Source: Xenophilus azovorans DSM 13620 (GTDB lineage Bacteria > Pseudomonadota > Gammaproteobacteria > Burkholderiales > Burkholderiaceae_C). From it: a stretch of DNA of 64,000 bases. Of the stretch, positions 33,277 to 43,768 are shown piece by piece. The stretch spans positions 1-64,000 of the forward strand of contig NZ_JQKD01000034.1 in the NCBI RefSeq assembly GCF_000745855.1, in the 5' to 3' direction. Both the position numbers and the translations under genes were made by a program. Positions within the stretch are counted from its first letter, which is position 1; each line of letters opens with the position of its first letter. Under the pieces are notes generated by a model, which worked only from the letters and a program-made list of their open reading frames with translations, searched no databases and was not told the DNA's origin.

Positions 33277-34509
33277 ATGACTTCCGAGTTTTTCACTAGT
33301 CAACCGCCGTCTGATCGTGTAAGACAAGCGCTTGACATTTCACTTCGTGGTGTGGACGAGCTCCTGCCCCGGGACGAGTGGGTCAGGAAGCTGCAGCGCT
33401 CGGAAGCCACCGGCCAGCCGCTGCGCATCAAGCTGGGCTTGGACCCGACGGCGCCCGACATCCACCTGGGTCACACCGTGGTGCTCAACAAGATGCGCCA
33501 GTTGCAGGACCTGGGGCACACCGTCATCTTCCTGATCGGCGACTTCACCAGCCTGATCGGCGACCCCTCCGGGCGCAACACCACGCGCCCGCCGCTGACG
33601 GCCGAGCAGATCCGCGCCAATGCCGAGACCTACTTCGCCCAGGCGAAGCTGGTGCTGGACGAATCGAAGACCGAGATCCGGTACAACTCCGAGTGGAGCG
33701 ACCCGCTGGGCGCGCGCGGCATGATCCAACTGGCCGCCAAGTACACGGTGGCGCGCATGATGGAGCGCGACGACTTCCACAAGCGCTTCCACGCCGGCCA
33801 GTCGATCTCGGTGCACGAGTTCCTCTACCCGCTGATGCAGGGCTACGACTCGGTGGCGCTGAAGAGCGACCTGGAACTGGGCGGCACCGACCAGAAGTTC
33901 AACCTGCTGGTGGGGCGCCACCTGCAGCAGGAGTACGGCCAGGAGCCGCAGTGCATCCTGACCATGCCGCTGCTGGAGGGGCTGGACGGCGTCGAGAAGA
34001 TGTCCAAGAGCAAGGGCAACTACATCGGCATCAGCGAGGACGCCAACACCATGTTCGCCAAGGTGCTGTCGATCTCGGACGAGCTGATGTGGCGCTGGTA
34101 CCTGCTGCTGAGCTTCCGCTCGCTGGCCGACATCGAGGCGCTGAAGGCCGAGGTGGCAGCGGGGCGCAACCCGAAGGACGCCAAGGTGATGCTGGCCAAG
34201 GAGATCACCACGCGCTTCCACAGCGCGCAGGCGGCCGAGGCGGCGGAGCAGGACTTCGTCAACCGCAGCAAGGGCGGGGTGCCCGACGAGATCCCGGAGG
34301 TGGCGCTGACCGGCGCGCCGCTGGGCATCGCGCACCTGCTCAAGCAGGCGGGGCTGGCGTCGTCCACCTCGGAGGGCAACCGCCTGATCGACGGCGGCGG
34401 CGTGCGGGTGGATTCGGCCGTGGTGAGCGACAAGGGCCTGAAGCTGCCGGCCGGCACCTACGTCGTGCAGGTGGGCAAGCGCAAGTTCGCGCGGGTCACG
34501 GTCGGCTGA
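33277..34509 (+). CDS. tyrS: Tyrosine--tRNA ligase
   Basis: Trimmed to MTSEFF.. (410 aa). HIGH-type motif (DIHLGH), KMSKS present, C-terminal S4 domain. Confidence 0.9.
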   Translation: MTSEFFTSQPPSDRVRQALDISLRGVDELLPRDEWVRKLQRSEATGQPLRIKLGLDPTAPDIHLGHTVVLNKMRQLQDLGHTVIFLIGDFTSLIGDPSGRNTTRPPLTAEQIRANAETYFAQAKLVLDESKTEIRYNSEWSDPLGARGMIQLAAKYTVARMMERDDFHKRFHAGQSISVHEFLYPLMQGYDSVALKSDLELGGTDQKFNLLVGRHLQQEYGQEPQCILTMPLLEGLDGVEKMSKSKGNYIGISEDANTMFAKVLSISDELMWRWYLLLSFRSLADIEALKAEVAAGRNPKDAKVMLAKEITTRFHSAQAAEAAEQDFVNRSKGGVPDEIPEVALTGAPLGIAHLLKQAGLASSTSEGNRLIDGGGVRVDSAVVSDKGLKLPAGTYVVQVGKRKFARVTVG

Positions 34510-34576
34510 CGGCCGCTGGCGGCAAGGAAAACGGGGCCCGCGGGCCCCGTTTGTCTTTCGGCGCGGCCGCCGGAAT

Positions 34577-35221
34577 TCAGCGTACGTCGATGGTCACGCG
34601 GCGGTTGCGCGGCTCATCCACCTCGTCGGCGGTGGGAACGGCCAGTTCGCGTTCGCCGCGGCCGACGGCCTCGATGCGCACGGCGGGAAAGCCGCGCTGC
34701 ACCAGCATCTGCCGCACCTCGGCGGCGCGTTCGCGCGACAGTGCATCGTTGCGCGGGCCGGCGCCCATGGTGTCGGTGTGGCCGGTGACCACGATGTCGG
34801 CGCCCGACCGCGCCAGGGCGGCCGCCAGCATCTCCTGCACGGTCAGTTGCGAGGCTTCGGTGAGCACCGTGCCGCCCGAGACGAAGTACAGCGTGTAGTG
34901 CTGGGGCGCCGGAGGCCGCAGCGCGAAGAGCTGGGGGTGGTCGCGCTGCAGTTCGGCGGGGTCGACCGTGTCCACCGTCGGCGCGGCCTGGGTGCCGTGC
35001 GGCGCCGTGGCCTGCAGGTAGGGCCGGTCCAGCACCTGCTGGCCGTTCTCGGTGCGGACCACCACGGCCGAGGGCTTGCCGTCTTCCTGCGGCAGCAGCA
35101 CGACCCGCGTGGCGGGCGTCGTGCAGGCGGCCAGCAGCGCGGCGCCGGCGAGCGTGCACAGGGCGGCCAGCCGCCGCGCGGTGGCCAGGGCGGGGGAGCG
35201 GGGTGCGGTCGGGCGGCTCAC
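34577..35221 (-). CDS. OmpA family peptidoglycan-binding lipoprotein
   Basis: Lipobox LLAAC. C-terminal OmpA_C motif ([36 protein letters not shown]). Confidence 0.75.
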   Translation of the reverse strand: MSRPTAPRSPALATARRLAALCTLAGAALLAACTTPATRVVLLPQEDGKPSAVVVRTENGQQVLDRPYLQATAPHGTQAAPTVDTVDPAELQRDHPQLFALRPPAPQHYTLYFVSGGTVLTEASQLTVQEMLAAALARSGADIVVTGHTDTMGAGPRNDALSRERAAEVRQMLVQRGFPAVRIEAVGRGERELAVPTADEVDEPRNRRVTIDVR

Positions 35222-35712
35222 GGCTGGCCGCTGTCGGTCACGATGAAGTCGGTGCCGCGGATGCCGATGGTGGCGGTCTGCGTTTCCACCCGCACCGCGT
35301 CGGGCTGGGTCCGGCCGATGAGGCCGGTGATCATGCGCATGGACCCGCGCAGCAGCGACACCAGGATGCCGCCTTCCTGCGTCGTCGGGTCGAAGTGGAA
35401 TTGCTTCAGGTCGACCCGCGACTCGGGGCCCATCACCAGCGTGGTGCCGTCGCGCAGGACGAGGCTGGCGCCGCTATCGGGGCCGGTGCTCACGCGGTCG
35501 ATCGGCAGGACGCGGTCACCGGGCCGGGCCGGGCGGCCGGTGCCGTCGGTGCCCAGCACGCGCACGTCGCCCTGCGCCGACTTGATGAAGCCGGCCGCTG
35601 CTTCGGCGCCGGCTTCGGCCGAGGGCTGCGGTGCCGCGGCGGGTGTCGGCTGGGCGAAGGCGGCGGCCGCCGCCAGCAGGCCCGCGCACAGGATCGTCAG
35701 GCGGTGGCTCAT
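35218..35712 (-). CDS. FecR-domain periplasmic protein
   Basis: Signal peptide. FecR-like beta-rich sequence ([12 protein letters not shown]). 4-nt overlap with the downstream OmpA-family gene. Confidence 0.5.
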   Translation of the reverse strand: MSHRLTILCAGLLAAAAAFAQPTPAAAPQPSAEAGAEAAAGFIKSAQGDVRVLGTDGTGRPARPGDRVLPIDRVSTGPDSGASLVLRDGTTLVMGPESRVDLKQFHFDPTTQEGGILVSLLRGSMRMITGLIGRTQPDAVRVETQTATIGIRGTDFIVTDSGQP

Positions 35713-35806
35713 GGTGCTCCGGGGGTGTTTCGGGGGGCGTCAATGGTAAGCGAGCAGGGCGCGCCCTTCATAATCGCGGGCTTCCGCCGGCCCCCGGCAT
35801 CGTGCT

Positions 35807-36757
35807 GTGCTTCACTTTTCCCCGCGATCTTCCTTGGCCGCGCCGAGCCCCCGCACCCTGCTGCGGCTGTCGGTGGCGGTGGCGCTGCTGACCATCGCCC
35901 TCAAGGGGGCCGCCGGCTGGATCACCCATTCGATGGGGCTGATCTCGGACGCGATGGAGTCCTTCGTCAACCTGGCCAGCGCCGTGTTCGCGCTGGCGAT
36001 GATCACCATCGCCAACCGGCCGGCGGACGAGGGCCATCCCTACGGCCACCACAAGGCCGAGTACTTCTCTTCCGGCTTCGAGGGCATCCTGATCATCGCG
36101 GCGGCGCTGGCCATCGGCTGGGCGGCGGTCGGCCGGCTGCTGGCGCCGCAGCCGCTGGAGCGGCTCGGCTGGGGCATGGCGCTGTCGGTGGCCAGCGCGG
36201 GGCTGAACGCGGCGCTGGCGCTGCTGATGCTCAAGGCGGCGCGGGTGCACCACTCCATCGCCCTGGAGGCCGACGGCCGGCACCTGATGACCGACGTGTG
36301 GACCTCGGCCGGCGTGCTGGTGGGGGTGCTGGCCGTGATGCTTACCGGCTGGCTGTGGCTGGACCCGTTGCTGGCGCTGGCCGTGGCGGCCAACATCGTG
36401 CGCGAGGGCGCGCGGCTGGTGTGGCGCTCCAGCCAGGGCCTGATGGACCACGCGCTGGAGCCGGCGCAGCAGGCCGCCATCCAGGCCGTGCTGGACCGCT
36501 TCGCCGCCGAAGCGCCGGACGGCGGCGTCCTGCGCTTCGACGACATCGCGACGCGGCGCTCGGGTCAGCGCCTCTTCGCCGACATCCACATGCACGTGCC
36601 GGGCCAGTGGACGCTCCAGCGCGCCGCCGGCCTGCGCGACGCGCTGGAGCAGGCGCTGATGGACGCCGTGCCGGGCTTGCGCGTCACGCTGCAACTGCTG
36701 CCGCTGGACATGGAGGCGCGCGCCGTGCAGGCCACTGGGGAAGGGGATACGCGATGA
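35807..36757 (+). CDS. Cation diffusion facilitator family transporter
   Basis: 316 aa, six TM segments, CDF motifs ([23 protein letters not shown]), C-terminal cytoplasmic domain. Confidence 0.8.
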   Translation: MLHFSPRSSLAAPSPRTLLRLSVAVALLTIALKGAAGWITHSMGLISDAMESFVNLASAVFALAMITIANRPADEGHPYGHHKAEYFSSGFEGILIIAAALAIGWAAVGRLLAPQPLERLGWGMALSVASAGLNAALALLMLKAARVHHSIALEADGRHLMTDVWTSAGVLVGVLAVMLTGWLWLDPLLALAVAANIVREGARLVWRSSQGLMDHALEPAQQAAIQAVLDRFAAEAPDGGVLRFDDIATRRSGQRLFADIHMHVPGQWTLQRAAGLRDALEQALMDAVPGLRVTLQLLPLDMEARAVQATGEGDTR

Positions 36758-37197
36758 AGGCCCTGCTGCAGCGCGTGAGCGAGGCGCGCGTGGAGATCGC
36801 CGGCGAATGCGCCGGCCGCATCGGCCGGGGGCTGCTCGTGCTGGTGTGTGCCGAGCGGGGCGACGACGAGGCGGTCGGCGAGCGCCTGCTGGCCAAGATC
36901 CTGAAGCTGCGCATCTTCAGCGATGACGCCGGCAAGATGAACCGCAGCGTGCAGGACGTGGGCGGTGGCCTCCTGATCGTCAGCCAGTTCACCCTGGCGG
37001 CCGATGCGAGCGGCGGCAACCGGCCCAGCTTCACGCAGGCCGCGCCGCCGGACGAGGGCCGGCGGCTCTACGACGCCTTCGTCGCGCGCGCCCGGGCGCT
37101 GCACCCGGAGGTGGCTACCGGCGTCTTCGGCGCCGACATGCAGGTGCACCTGGTCAACGACGGGCCGGTGACCATCCCGCTGCAGATGGCGCCCTGA
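36754..37197 (+). CDS. dtd: D-aminoacyl-tRNA deacylase
   Basis: 147 aa. [17 protein letters not shown] ... [17 protein letters not shown] is the Dtd signature. ATGA overlap with the CDF gene. Confidence 0.9.
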   Translation: MKALLQRVSEARVEIAGECAGRIGRGLLVLVCAERGDDEAVGERLLAKILKLRIFSDDAGKMNRSVQDVGGGLLIVSQFTLAADASGGNRPSFTQAAPPDEGRRLYDAFVARARALHPEVATGVFGADMQVHLVNDGPVTIPLQMAP

Positions 37198-37201
37198 ACC
37201 A

Positions 37202-37945
37202 CTATCCCTTCCAGAAGAACAGCGCCGCCATCGCCAGTCCCACCAGCACGATGCCGGCGCGCAGCCACTCGGGCCGGATGCGGCGTGCCAGGCGGGCGCC
37301 GCCGTAGCCGCCGGCGGTGGCGGCCACCATCATCATCAGCGCCTGTGGCCACTGCACCAGGCCGCCGGCGGCGTAGATCGCGACGGCGATCGCCGTCAGC
37401 AGCGCCGACACCAGATTCTTCATGCCGTTCATCGCATGCAGCTGGGTCTGGCCCAGCAGCGCGAACAGCGCCAGTAGCAGGATGCCCAGCCCGCCGTTGA
37501 AGTAGCCGCCGTAGGCCGAGACCGCCAGCACGCCGAACGCCGCCTTGAGCGGCGAGGCGCCGTGGGCGCCGGCCGTCCAGCGCCGGATGCGCGGGCCCAG
37601 GGCGAACAGCAGCGTCGCCGCCAGCAGCAGCCAGGGCACGATCAGGCGGAAGGTGCTGTCCGGCGTGAGCAGCAGCAGCGCGGCGCCCGCGGCGCCGCCC
37701 ACCAGCGACCACAGCACGATGCTGCGCATCGTCAGCCCCGGTGGGCTCTGCCAGTCCTCGCGGAAGCCCCACGCGCCGGCCAGGTAGCCCGGCAGCAGCG
37801 CCACCGTGCCGGTGGCATTGGCCACCACTGGCGGCACGCCGGTGAACACCAGCGCCGGCAGGGTGAGGAAGCTGCCGCCTCCGGCGACAGCGTTGAGCGC
37901 GCCGGCGACGAAGGCAGCGGCCAGCAGCAGGGCGATGTCGAACAT
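37202..37945 (-). CDS. TauE/SafE family sulfite exporter-like membrane protein
   Basis: 247-aa polytopic membrane protein with DUF81/TauE-like repeats. It is the C-terminal in-frame portion of the artefactual track ORF 37202..38611. Confidence 0.7.
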   Translation of the reverse strand: MFDIALLLAAAFVAGALNAVAGGGSFLTLPALVFTGVPPVVANATGTVALLPGYLAGAWGFREDWQSPPGLTMRSIVLWSLVGGAAGAALLLLTPDSTFRLIVPWLLLAATLLFALGPRIRRWTAGAHGASPLKAAFGVLAVSAYGGYFNGGLGILLLALFALLGQTQLHAMNGMKNLVSALLTAIAVAIYAAGGLVQWPQALMMMVAATAGGYGGARLARRIRPEWLRAGIVLVGLAMAALFFWKG

Positions 37946-37953
37946 GGCGGCGT

Positions 37954-38415
37954 TCAGCGTCCGCGATAGGGGTCGGCGATGCCCAGCCCGGCCAGGATCG
38001 CGGTCTCGCGCGCCTCCATCGCCTGCGCGTCTGCCTCGCCGGTCTCGTGGTCCCAGCCCTGGGCGTGCAGGGTGCCGTGCACCAGCAGGTGCGCATAGTG
38101 GGCCGCCAGCGTCACGCGCAGCTCCTTCGCCTCGCGCGCCACCACGGGCGCGCACAGCACCAGATCGGCCATGACGACCGGCGAGGCGGCGTAGTCGAAG
38201 GTCAGCACGTTGGTGGCGTAGTCCTTGCCGCGGAACTCGCGGTTCAGGCGCCGGCCTTCGTCGGCATCGACGATGCGCACCGCCAGCTCGCCGGGCAGCG
38301 CCAGCGCATGGCGGATGCAGCGTGCCACCCGGTGCCGCGGCAGGGCGGCGCGGTGCCGCGCCACGCCATCGAAGCGGGCGAACTGCAGGGACAGCGACAG
38401 CTCGGGCAGCGCCAT
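37954..38415 (-). CDS. ybeY: rRNA maturation RNase YbeY
   Basis: 153 aa with conserved [16 protein letters not shown] zinc motif. Confidence 0.88.
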   Translation of the reverse strand: MALPELSLSLQFARFDGVARHRAALPRHRVARCIRHALALPGELAVRIVDADEGRRLNREFRGKDYATNVLTFDYAASPVVMADLVLCAPVVAREAKELRVTLAAHYAHLLVHGTLHAQGWDHETGEADAQAMEARETAILAGLGIADPYRGR

Positions 38416-38418
38416 CGC

Positions 38419-39357
38419 TCAGGCCCGCTTGCCGCTCTTGTCGTAGGCGTCGACGATGCGCGCCACCAGCGGGTGCCGCACCACGTCGCCGCTGTTGAAA
38501 TGCGTGAAGGCCAGCCCGGCCACGCGCTTGAGCACCCGCTCCGCGTCGATCAGGCCGCTGGTCTGCTGCTTGGGCAGGTCGATCTGGCTCACGTCGCCGG
38601 TCACCACGCACTTGCTGCCGAAGCCGATGCGCGTGAGGAACATCTTCATCTGCTCGGGCGTGGTGTTCTGCGCCTCGTCGAGGATCACGAAGGCGTTGTT
38701 CAGCGTGCGCCCGCGCATGAAGGCCAGCGGCGCGATCTCCAGCGCGTTGCGCTCGAAGGCCTTGTTCACCTTCTCGAAGCCCATCAGGTCGTACAGCGCG
38801 TCGTACAGGGGCCGCAGGTACGGGTCCACCTTCTGTGTCAGGTCGCCGGGCAGGAAGCCCAGGCGCTCGCCGGCTTCCACCGCGGGGCGGGTGAGCACGA
38901 TGCGCTGCACCGCGCTGCGTTCCAGCGCATCCACCGCGCAGGCCACGGCGAGGTAGGTCTTGCCGGTGCCGGCGGGGCCGATGCCGAAGGTGATGTCGTG
39001 GCCGGCGATGTTGTCGAGGTAGACGCTCTGATTGGGCGTGCGGGCGCGCAGGTCGGTGCGGCGCGTGCTCAGCAGCTTCACGCCGTCCTCGTCTTCTGCC
39101 AGGGTGCCGTCACCGGCCAGCGTGAGCTGGACCAGCGTGGCGTCGATGGGCCGCTGCGCGATCTCGTACAACGCCTGCAAGGTTTCCATCGCGCGCGTGG
39201 CCTTCGCCTTGGGACCCTCGACCTTGAAGGCCTCGTTGCGGTGGCTGACTTTCACCTCCAGCGCGTCCTCGATCTGGCGCAGGTGGGTGTCCATCGGGCC
39301 GCACAGATGGGCCAGGCGGGTGTTGTTCGGGGGGGTGAAGCTGTGGCGGAGAATCAC
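38419..39357 (-). CDS. phoH: PhoH family ATPase
   Basis: 312 aa. Walker [13 protein letters not shown]. PhoH motif [29 protein letters not shown]. Confidence 0.88.
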   Translation of the reverse strand: MILRHSFTPPNNTRLAHLCGPMDTHLRQIEDALEVKVSHRNEAFKVEGPKAKATRAMETLQALYEIAQRPIDATLVQLTLAGDGTLAEDEDGVKLLSTRRTDLRARTPNQSVYLDNIAGHDITFGIGPAGTGKTYLAVACAVDALERSAVQRIVLTRPAVEAGERLGFLPGDLTQKVDPYLRPLYDALYDLMGFEKVNKAFERNALEIAPLAFMRGRTLNNAFVILDEAQNTTPEQMKMFLTRIGFGSKCVVTGDVSQIDLPKQQTSGLIDAERVLKRVAGLAFTHFNSGDVVRHPLVARIVDAYDKSGKRA

Positions 39358-39395
39358 GCGTTTCTTGGAATGGGGCCGCAGCGCGGCCTGGACCG

Positions 39396-39980
39396 TTGAT
39401 GATAGGCAAACTCACCGGCATCCTTGCCGAACGCAACCCGCCCCAGGTGGTGATCGACTGCCACGGCGTGGGCTACGAGGTCGACGTGCCGATGGGCACC
39501 TTCTACAACCTGCCGCCGGTGGGCGAGAAAGTGTCGCTGCTCACGCATTTCGTGGTGCGCGAGGATGCGCAGGTGCTCTACGGCTTCGGCACCGCCGCCG
39601 AGCGGGCGGCGTTTCGCCAGCTCATCAAGATCTCCGGCGTCGGGCCGCGCACCGCGCTGGGGGTGTTGTCGGGCATGAGCGTGAACGAGCTGGCGCAGGC
39701 CGTGTCGCTGCAGGAGCCGGGGCGGCTGGTCAAGATTCCGGGCATCGGAAAGAAGACCGCCGAACGGCTGCTGCTCGAACTCAAGGGGAAACTGGGCGAC
39801 ACCCTGGGCCAGGCTGCCGGACTGGCGCAGCCGGCCAGTGATGCGCAGGCCGACATCCTGCAGGCGCTGCTGGCGCTGGGCTACAGCGACAAGGAGGCGG
39901 CGGCCGCCCTCAAGGCCCTGCCCAAGGACGTGGGCGTGAGCGAAGGGATCAAGCTGGCGCTCAAGGCGCTGGCGAAGTAG
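39396..39980 (+). CDS. ruvA: Holliday junction DNA helicase RuvA
   Basis: 194 aa. [34 protein letters not shown] is the RuvA signature. Confidence 0.92.
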   Translation: MMIGKLTGILAERNPPQVVIDCHGVGYEVDVPMGTFYNLPPVGEKVSLLTHFVVREDAQVLYGFGTAAERAAFRQLIKISGVGPRTALGVLSGMSVNELAQAVSLQEPGRLVKIPGIGKKTAERLLLELKGKLGDTLGQAAGLAQPASDAQADILQALLALGYSDKEAAAALKALPKDVGVSEGIKLALKALAK

Positions 39981-40001
39981 GCCATCGGGCCTTCACCTTC
40001 T

Positions 40002-40211
40002 TCAATGCGGCAGGCAGGGCTCCACTACGGGGTGGGCCACCTCGCGGCCCATCATGGCGCGTGCATACAGGTAGTTGTGTCGCGACTGTTCGCTGAGCGC
40101 GTCCAGGTCCACCTCGCCGCTGGCGTCGCAGGGGAAGGCGTAGCCGCGCCCTTCGTTGAACAGCGAGCGGAAGCGCAGCTGGAAGTGCCGGGTATCGAGC
40201 AAGGTGTTCAT
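40002..40211 (-). CDS. Small conserved hypothetical protein (DUF)
   Basis: About 69 aa from the internal Met MNTLLDTRHFQLRFRSLFNEGRGYAFPCDASGEVD. Last gene of the lipid operon. Start uncertain. Confidence 0.4.
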   Translation of the reverse strand: MNTLLDTRHFQLRFRSLFNEGRGYAFPCDASGEVDLDALSEQSRHNYLYARAMMGREVAHPVVEPCLPH

Positions 40212-40375
40212 GGTCGTCGACCTCCTGCCAATGGGTCCGATGTCGCCCAATATGCGTCAGAACGGTCGACCATGGGCCATGTTGAAGGCCCGGCCTCCCA
40301 CAGGCCGGCTAAGCCGTGCGGTCTATCACGAAAAACAGGTGGCGATGTGGCGGCGATGCATCAGTACCGCGCGCA

Positions 40376-41311
40376 TCAAGGTACCCACCAGTAGCGCAGC
40401 GCGTGGAAGTAGATGGGCGCGGCGAAGATCACCGAGTCCAGCCGGTCGAGCATGCCGCCGTGACCCTCGATCATGGTGCCCCAGTCCTTGACGCCGCGGT
40501 CGCGCTTGATGGCGGACATCACCAGCCCGCCGAAGAAGCCCATGACGCAGATCATGAAGGCCATGAGCGCTGCCTGCCACGGCGTGAAGGGCGTCGCCCA
40601 CCACAGGGCCGCGCCCAGCAGCGTGGCGCTGGCCACGCCGCCGACCAGGCCTTCCCAGGTCTTGGAGGGCGACAGCTCCGGCGCCACCTTGCGCCGCCCG
40701 AGGAGCTTGCCCCACACGTACTGCAGAACGTCGCTGCCCTGCACCACGATGACGAGGAAGGCGATGAGCAGCAGGTTGCCGCCCTCGAAGCCGGGGATGT
40801 GCAGCGTCAGCAGCGCCGGAACGTGGCTGATGCAGAACACGCACACCATCAGGCCCCACTGCACTTTCGACGTGCGTTCCAGGAAGCGCTTGGTGTCGCC
40901 GCCCAGTGCCGAGAGGATGGGCAGAATCAGGAACACCTCCACCGGGATGAAGATGGCGAACATGCCGTACCACTCGATCCAGACGAGGAAGTACTGCACC
41001 GGCAGCGCGATGTAGAAGGCCGCCGCCATCGCCAGGTGGTCGCCGCGCCGCGTGTAGGTCAGGCTCATGAACTCACGCAGCGCGTAGAACGAGATCAGGT
41101 AGAACAGCACGATCACGCCGCCCTTGCCGAAGGCGAAGGCCAGGCCGATCACCGCCACCATCACCCACCAGGTATTGACGCGGGCGTTGAGGTTGTCGAT
41201 GACCGCGTGCGGGGCGCCGTGCGCGACGCGCCACTTGAGCAGCGCGCCAACGGCGGAGGCCAGGATCAGCACGCCGGCCACGCCGGCGAACAGGTGCAGG
41301 GTGGGGCTCAT
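40376..41311 (-). CDS. cdsA: Phosphatidate cytidylyltransferase (CDP-diacylglycerol synthase)
   Basis: Internal start MSPTLHLFAGVAGV. CTP_transf_1 C-terminal motif (SPSKTWEGLVGGV...MSAIKRDRGVKDWG..GHGGMLDRLDS). Confidence 0.82.
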   Translation of the reverse strand: MSPTLHLFAGVAGVLILASAVGALLKWRVAHGAPHAVIDNLNARVNTWWVMVAVIGLAFAFGKGGVIVLFYLISFYALREFMSLTYTRRGDHLAMAAAFYIALPVQYFLVWIEWYGMFAIFIPVEVFLILPILSALGGDTKRFLERTSKVQWGLMVCVFCISHVPALLTLHIPGFEGGNLLLIAFLVIVVQGSDVLQYVWGKLLGRRKVAPELSPSKTWEGLVGGVASATLLGAALWWATPFTPWQAALMAFMICVMGFFGGLVMSAIKRDRGVKDWGTMIEGHGGMLDRLDSVIFAAPIYFHALRYWWVP

Positions 41312-42006
41312 GATGCGCTCGCCTCCTCCTTGTCGTGCTCGGGCCGCAGGTCCAGCATCGCCTGCTGCGCCCGCGCCAGGAAGGCGGCCTTGTCCTCGCC
41401 CTCGGCCAGCGCGATGGGCGCGCCGTAACGCACCGAGCAGGCCAGCGGCACCGGGATGAGCTGGCCCTTGGGCAGCACGCGCTTGAGGTTCTCGATCCAC
41501 ACCGGCACCAGCCGCACCTGCGGGCAGGCGCGGGCGATGTGGAACAGCCCGCTCTTGAGCGGCAGCATCACCTCCTCGCCGGTGTTGCGCGTGCCCTCCG
41601 GGAACATGATCAGCGAGTCGCCCGACTGCAGCGCCTGCACCATCTGGTCGACCGGGTTGGGGCCGTCGCCGCTGCCGTCGCGGCGGATCATCAGCGCGTT
41701 GAACACGTCCTGCCCGATGAAGCGCCGCGCCTTCGATGCCAGCCAGTAGTCCTGCCCGGCGACGGGGCGTGTGAGGGAGCGCAGGTCGGGCGGCAGCGTG
41801 GCCCACAGCAGCACGAAGTCGCCGTGGCTGGAGTGGTTGGCGAAGTACAGGGTCTGGTCGGCCACCGGCGCGGAGCCGCTCCAGACGGCGCGCACGCCGG
41901 TCAGCAGCTTGGCGATGAAGACGATCAGGCGCGCGGCGGCGAAGGTGCCGGCCCGGCGCAGCAACTCGCGCGGCGGCGGGGCGTCGGAGGTGAAGGCGTC
42001 GGTCAT
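41308..42006 (-). CDS. Lysophospholipid (1-acyl-sn-glycerol-3-phosphate) acyltransferase family protein
   Basis: 232 aa. Acyltransferase HX4D motif (NHSSHGDF) and FPEGTR motif. Confidence 0.75.
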   Translation of the reverse strand: MTDAFTSDAPPPRELLRRAGTFAAARLIVFIAKLLTGVRAVWSGSAPVADQTLYFANHSSHGDFVLLWATLPPDLRSLTRPVAGQDYWLASKARRFIGQDVFNALMIRRDGSGDGPNPVDQMVQALQSGDSLIMFPEGTRNTGEEVMLPLKSGLFHIARACPQVRLVPVWIENLKRVLPKGQLIPVPLACSVRYGAPIALAEGEDKAAFLARAQQAMLDLRPEHDKEEASAS

Positions 42007-42443
42007 GGGAAGGCGAGGCGGGCCGCGATGGCGGCGAGGAAGACGAGACTTTGCACGGCCACGATGCTCGCATGCCCGCGCACCAGCCGGCGCGTGCCGC
42101 GCAGGCGGTCGGCCAGGGGCCGCGTTCCGCCTTCGGGCGCGGTGCGCAGGCCGATGTGCGCGAGCGAGCGGTCCAGCGCCGCGAGGTCCGCGATGCGACC
42201 GGCGGCCAGGGCGTCGAAGAGCCGCTGGTCCAGGCGCAGCCGGAAGGCCAGGTAGCGCTCCGGCAGGCCCAGCAGCGCCGCGGCCGACAGAAGCAGGGCG
42301 GCCGCCCCCGGAGCGGGAACGAAGCACAGCGCGGCCAGCGCCAGGGCCGAGAGCCACAGGCTCCACCGGGCCAGCGTGTCCTGGCCGGCCAGCAGCGCGG
42401 CGAGCGCGGCGCAATCGGCGCGGTCCTGCGTGTCCAGGCTCAT
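42003..42443 (-). CDS. Hypothetical membrane protein
   Basis: 146 aa, two predicted TM helices. 4-nt overlaps on both sides within the lipid operon. Confidence 0.45.
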   Translation of the reverse strand: MSLDTQDRADCAALAALLAGQDTLARWSLWLSALALAALCFVPAPGAAALLLSAAALLGLPERYLAFRLRLDQRLFDALAAGRIADLAALDRSLAHIGLRTAPEGGTRPLADRLRGTRRLVRGHASIVAVQSLVFLAAIAARLAFP

Positions 42444-43768
42444 GATGCGGGGCCCTTCCCGGTCCACGCCGAGCCCAGCATGTCGCGCCAGGCGGGACGC
42501 AGCACGATCTGCGGGCGTACCTGCCGCACGGCGGCTTCCGCGCCGGCCAGGTCGGCCGTCGTGCCATGCCGTCGCAGCCAGCCGACCAACGTGGCGGCGC
42601 TGCGCGAGAAGCCCAGCGCACAGCAGACCCAGACCGGGCCGCCGCGGCGCTGGCCTTCCAGCACGGCAACGGCGCGGCGCAACTGCGCCGGCGAGGGCAT
42701 CGCCAGATCCAGCATCGGCACGCAGCGTGCGTGCGGCACGGGGGGCAGCTGCAGTTCGGCGCACAGGCTCAGCAGGCGCGGCCGGCCGGCCGCTTCCCAC
42801 TCGGCCCGCGAGGGCAGGCGGCCCAGCCGCACGCCCGGCACCACCTCCGCGCTGGGCGGCAGCCGGCGCGTCCAGGCCCAGGCGTTGACGGCCGCGCCGA
42901 GGCGGTAGGGCGCGAACAGCCAGCGCGCCGACCAGTGCATGCGTCCCCGTGCGTCCATGGCGAAGCCGCGTGCGCCGAAGCCGGCGTAGTTGAGCGCCAC
43001 CAGCATCAGCGAGGCGGCGGGCCAGCCCAGCCACAAGGCGGCTCCGCCGCCGTACAGGCCCAGCGCCAGACAGGCGACCGCGCCGAGCGCATAGGCGGCG
43101 GCCAGCTTCCAGCGCTGCGGATCGCGCGCCAGCCGCCAGGCGCGCGGCAGCGCCACGCGGCGCTCCAGCGGCCACAGCCACACGCACACGAGGCCGAGCA
43201 GGGCGCCGGTCGGGATGTCGATGAAATGGTGCTGCCAGGTCGTCAGCACCGAGCCGCAGATGGCCAGCGCCCACAGATGCAGCACGGCGCGCGCCCAGCG
43301 GGCGGTGATCAGCCGCCGGTACCAGTCCCACAGGATCACGGCCAGCGCGATGTGCAGCGAGGGCGCCTGGTTGAAGGGCCTGTCGAAGCCGCGCAGCGCC
43401 TCGAACAGGAAGGCCGGGGCGCCGCTCACCGCGGGCTGGCCGAAGCTGAAGGCGAGCGGCCACAGCACGAAGCAGGTGACGGCCAGCGCCTGCGCCGTCA
43501 GCAGCCGTGCCGCGTGCCGGTCCACCAGGTGTTTGGTGCGGCCAAGGAAGAGCGAGAGCGCGTAGAAGGCATTGATCGACCAGTAGGGAAAGATCGTCCA
43601 CGCCCAGAAGGGCATGCCGCGCTCCCACTCGAACACGACCGAGGGCACCTGCGCCCGCGTGCCGGCCCACCAGTTCGCCAGGCCGTAGCTCAGGTAGAAC
43701 AGCGGCCCGAGCAGCGCCAGCCACGCGGCGGCGCGCTTCCAGGGGCGCGGCGGGGCAGGGCGCGTCAT
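42440..43768 (-). CDS. PAP2 phosphatase / dual-specificity phosphatase fusion protein
   Basis: N-terminal polytopic PAP2 region (PSLHIALAV, HHFIDI). C-terminal DSP-like catalytic loop (VCCALGFSRSA). Confidence 0.65.
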   Translation of the reverse strand: MTRPAPPRPWKRAAAWLALLGPLFYLSYGLANWWAGTRAQVPSVVFEWERGMPFWAWTIFPYWSINAFYALSLFLGRTKHLVDRHAARLLTAQALAVTCFVLWPLAFSFGQPAVSGAPAFLFEALRGFDRPFNQAPSLHIALAVILWDWYRRLITARWARAVLHLWALAICGSVLTTWQHHFIDIPTGALLGLVCVWLWPLERRVALPRAWRLARDPQRWKLAAAYALGAVACLALGLYGGGAALWLGWPAASLMLVALNYAGFGARGFAMDARGRMHWSARWLFAPYRLGAAVNAWAWTRRLPPSAEVVPGVRLGRLPSRAEWEAAGRPRLLSLCAELQLPPVPHARCVPMLDLAMPSPAQLRRAVAVLEGQRRGGPVWVCCALGFSRSAATLVGWLRRHGTTADLAGAEAAVRQVRPQIVLRPAWRDMLGSAWTGKGPAS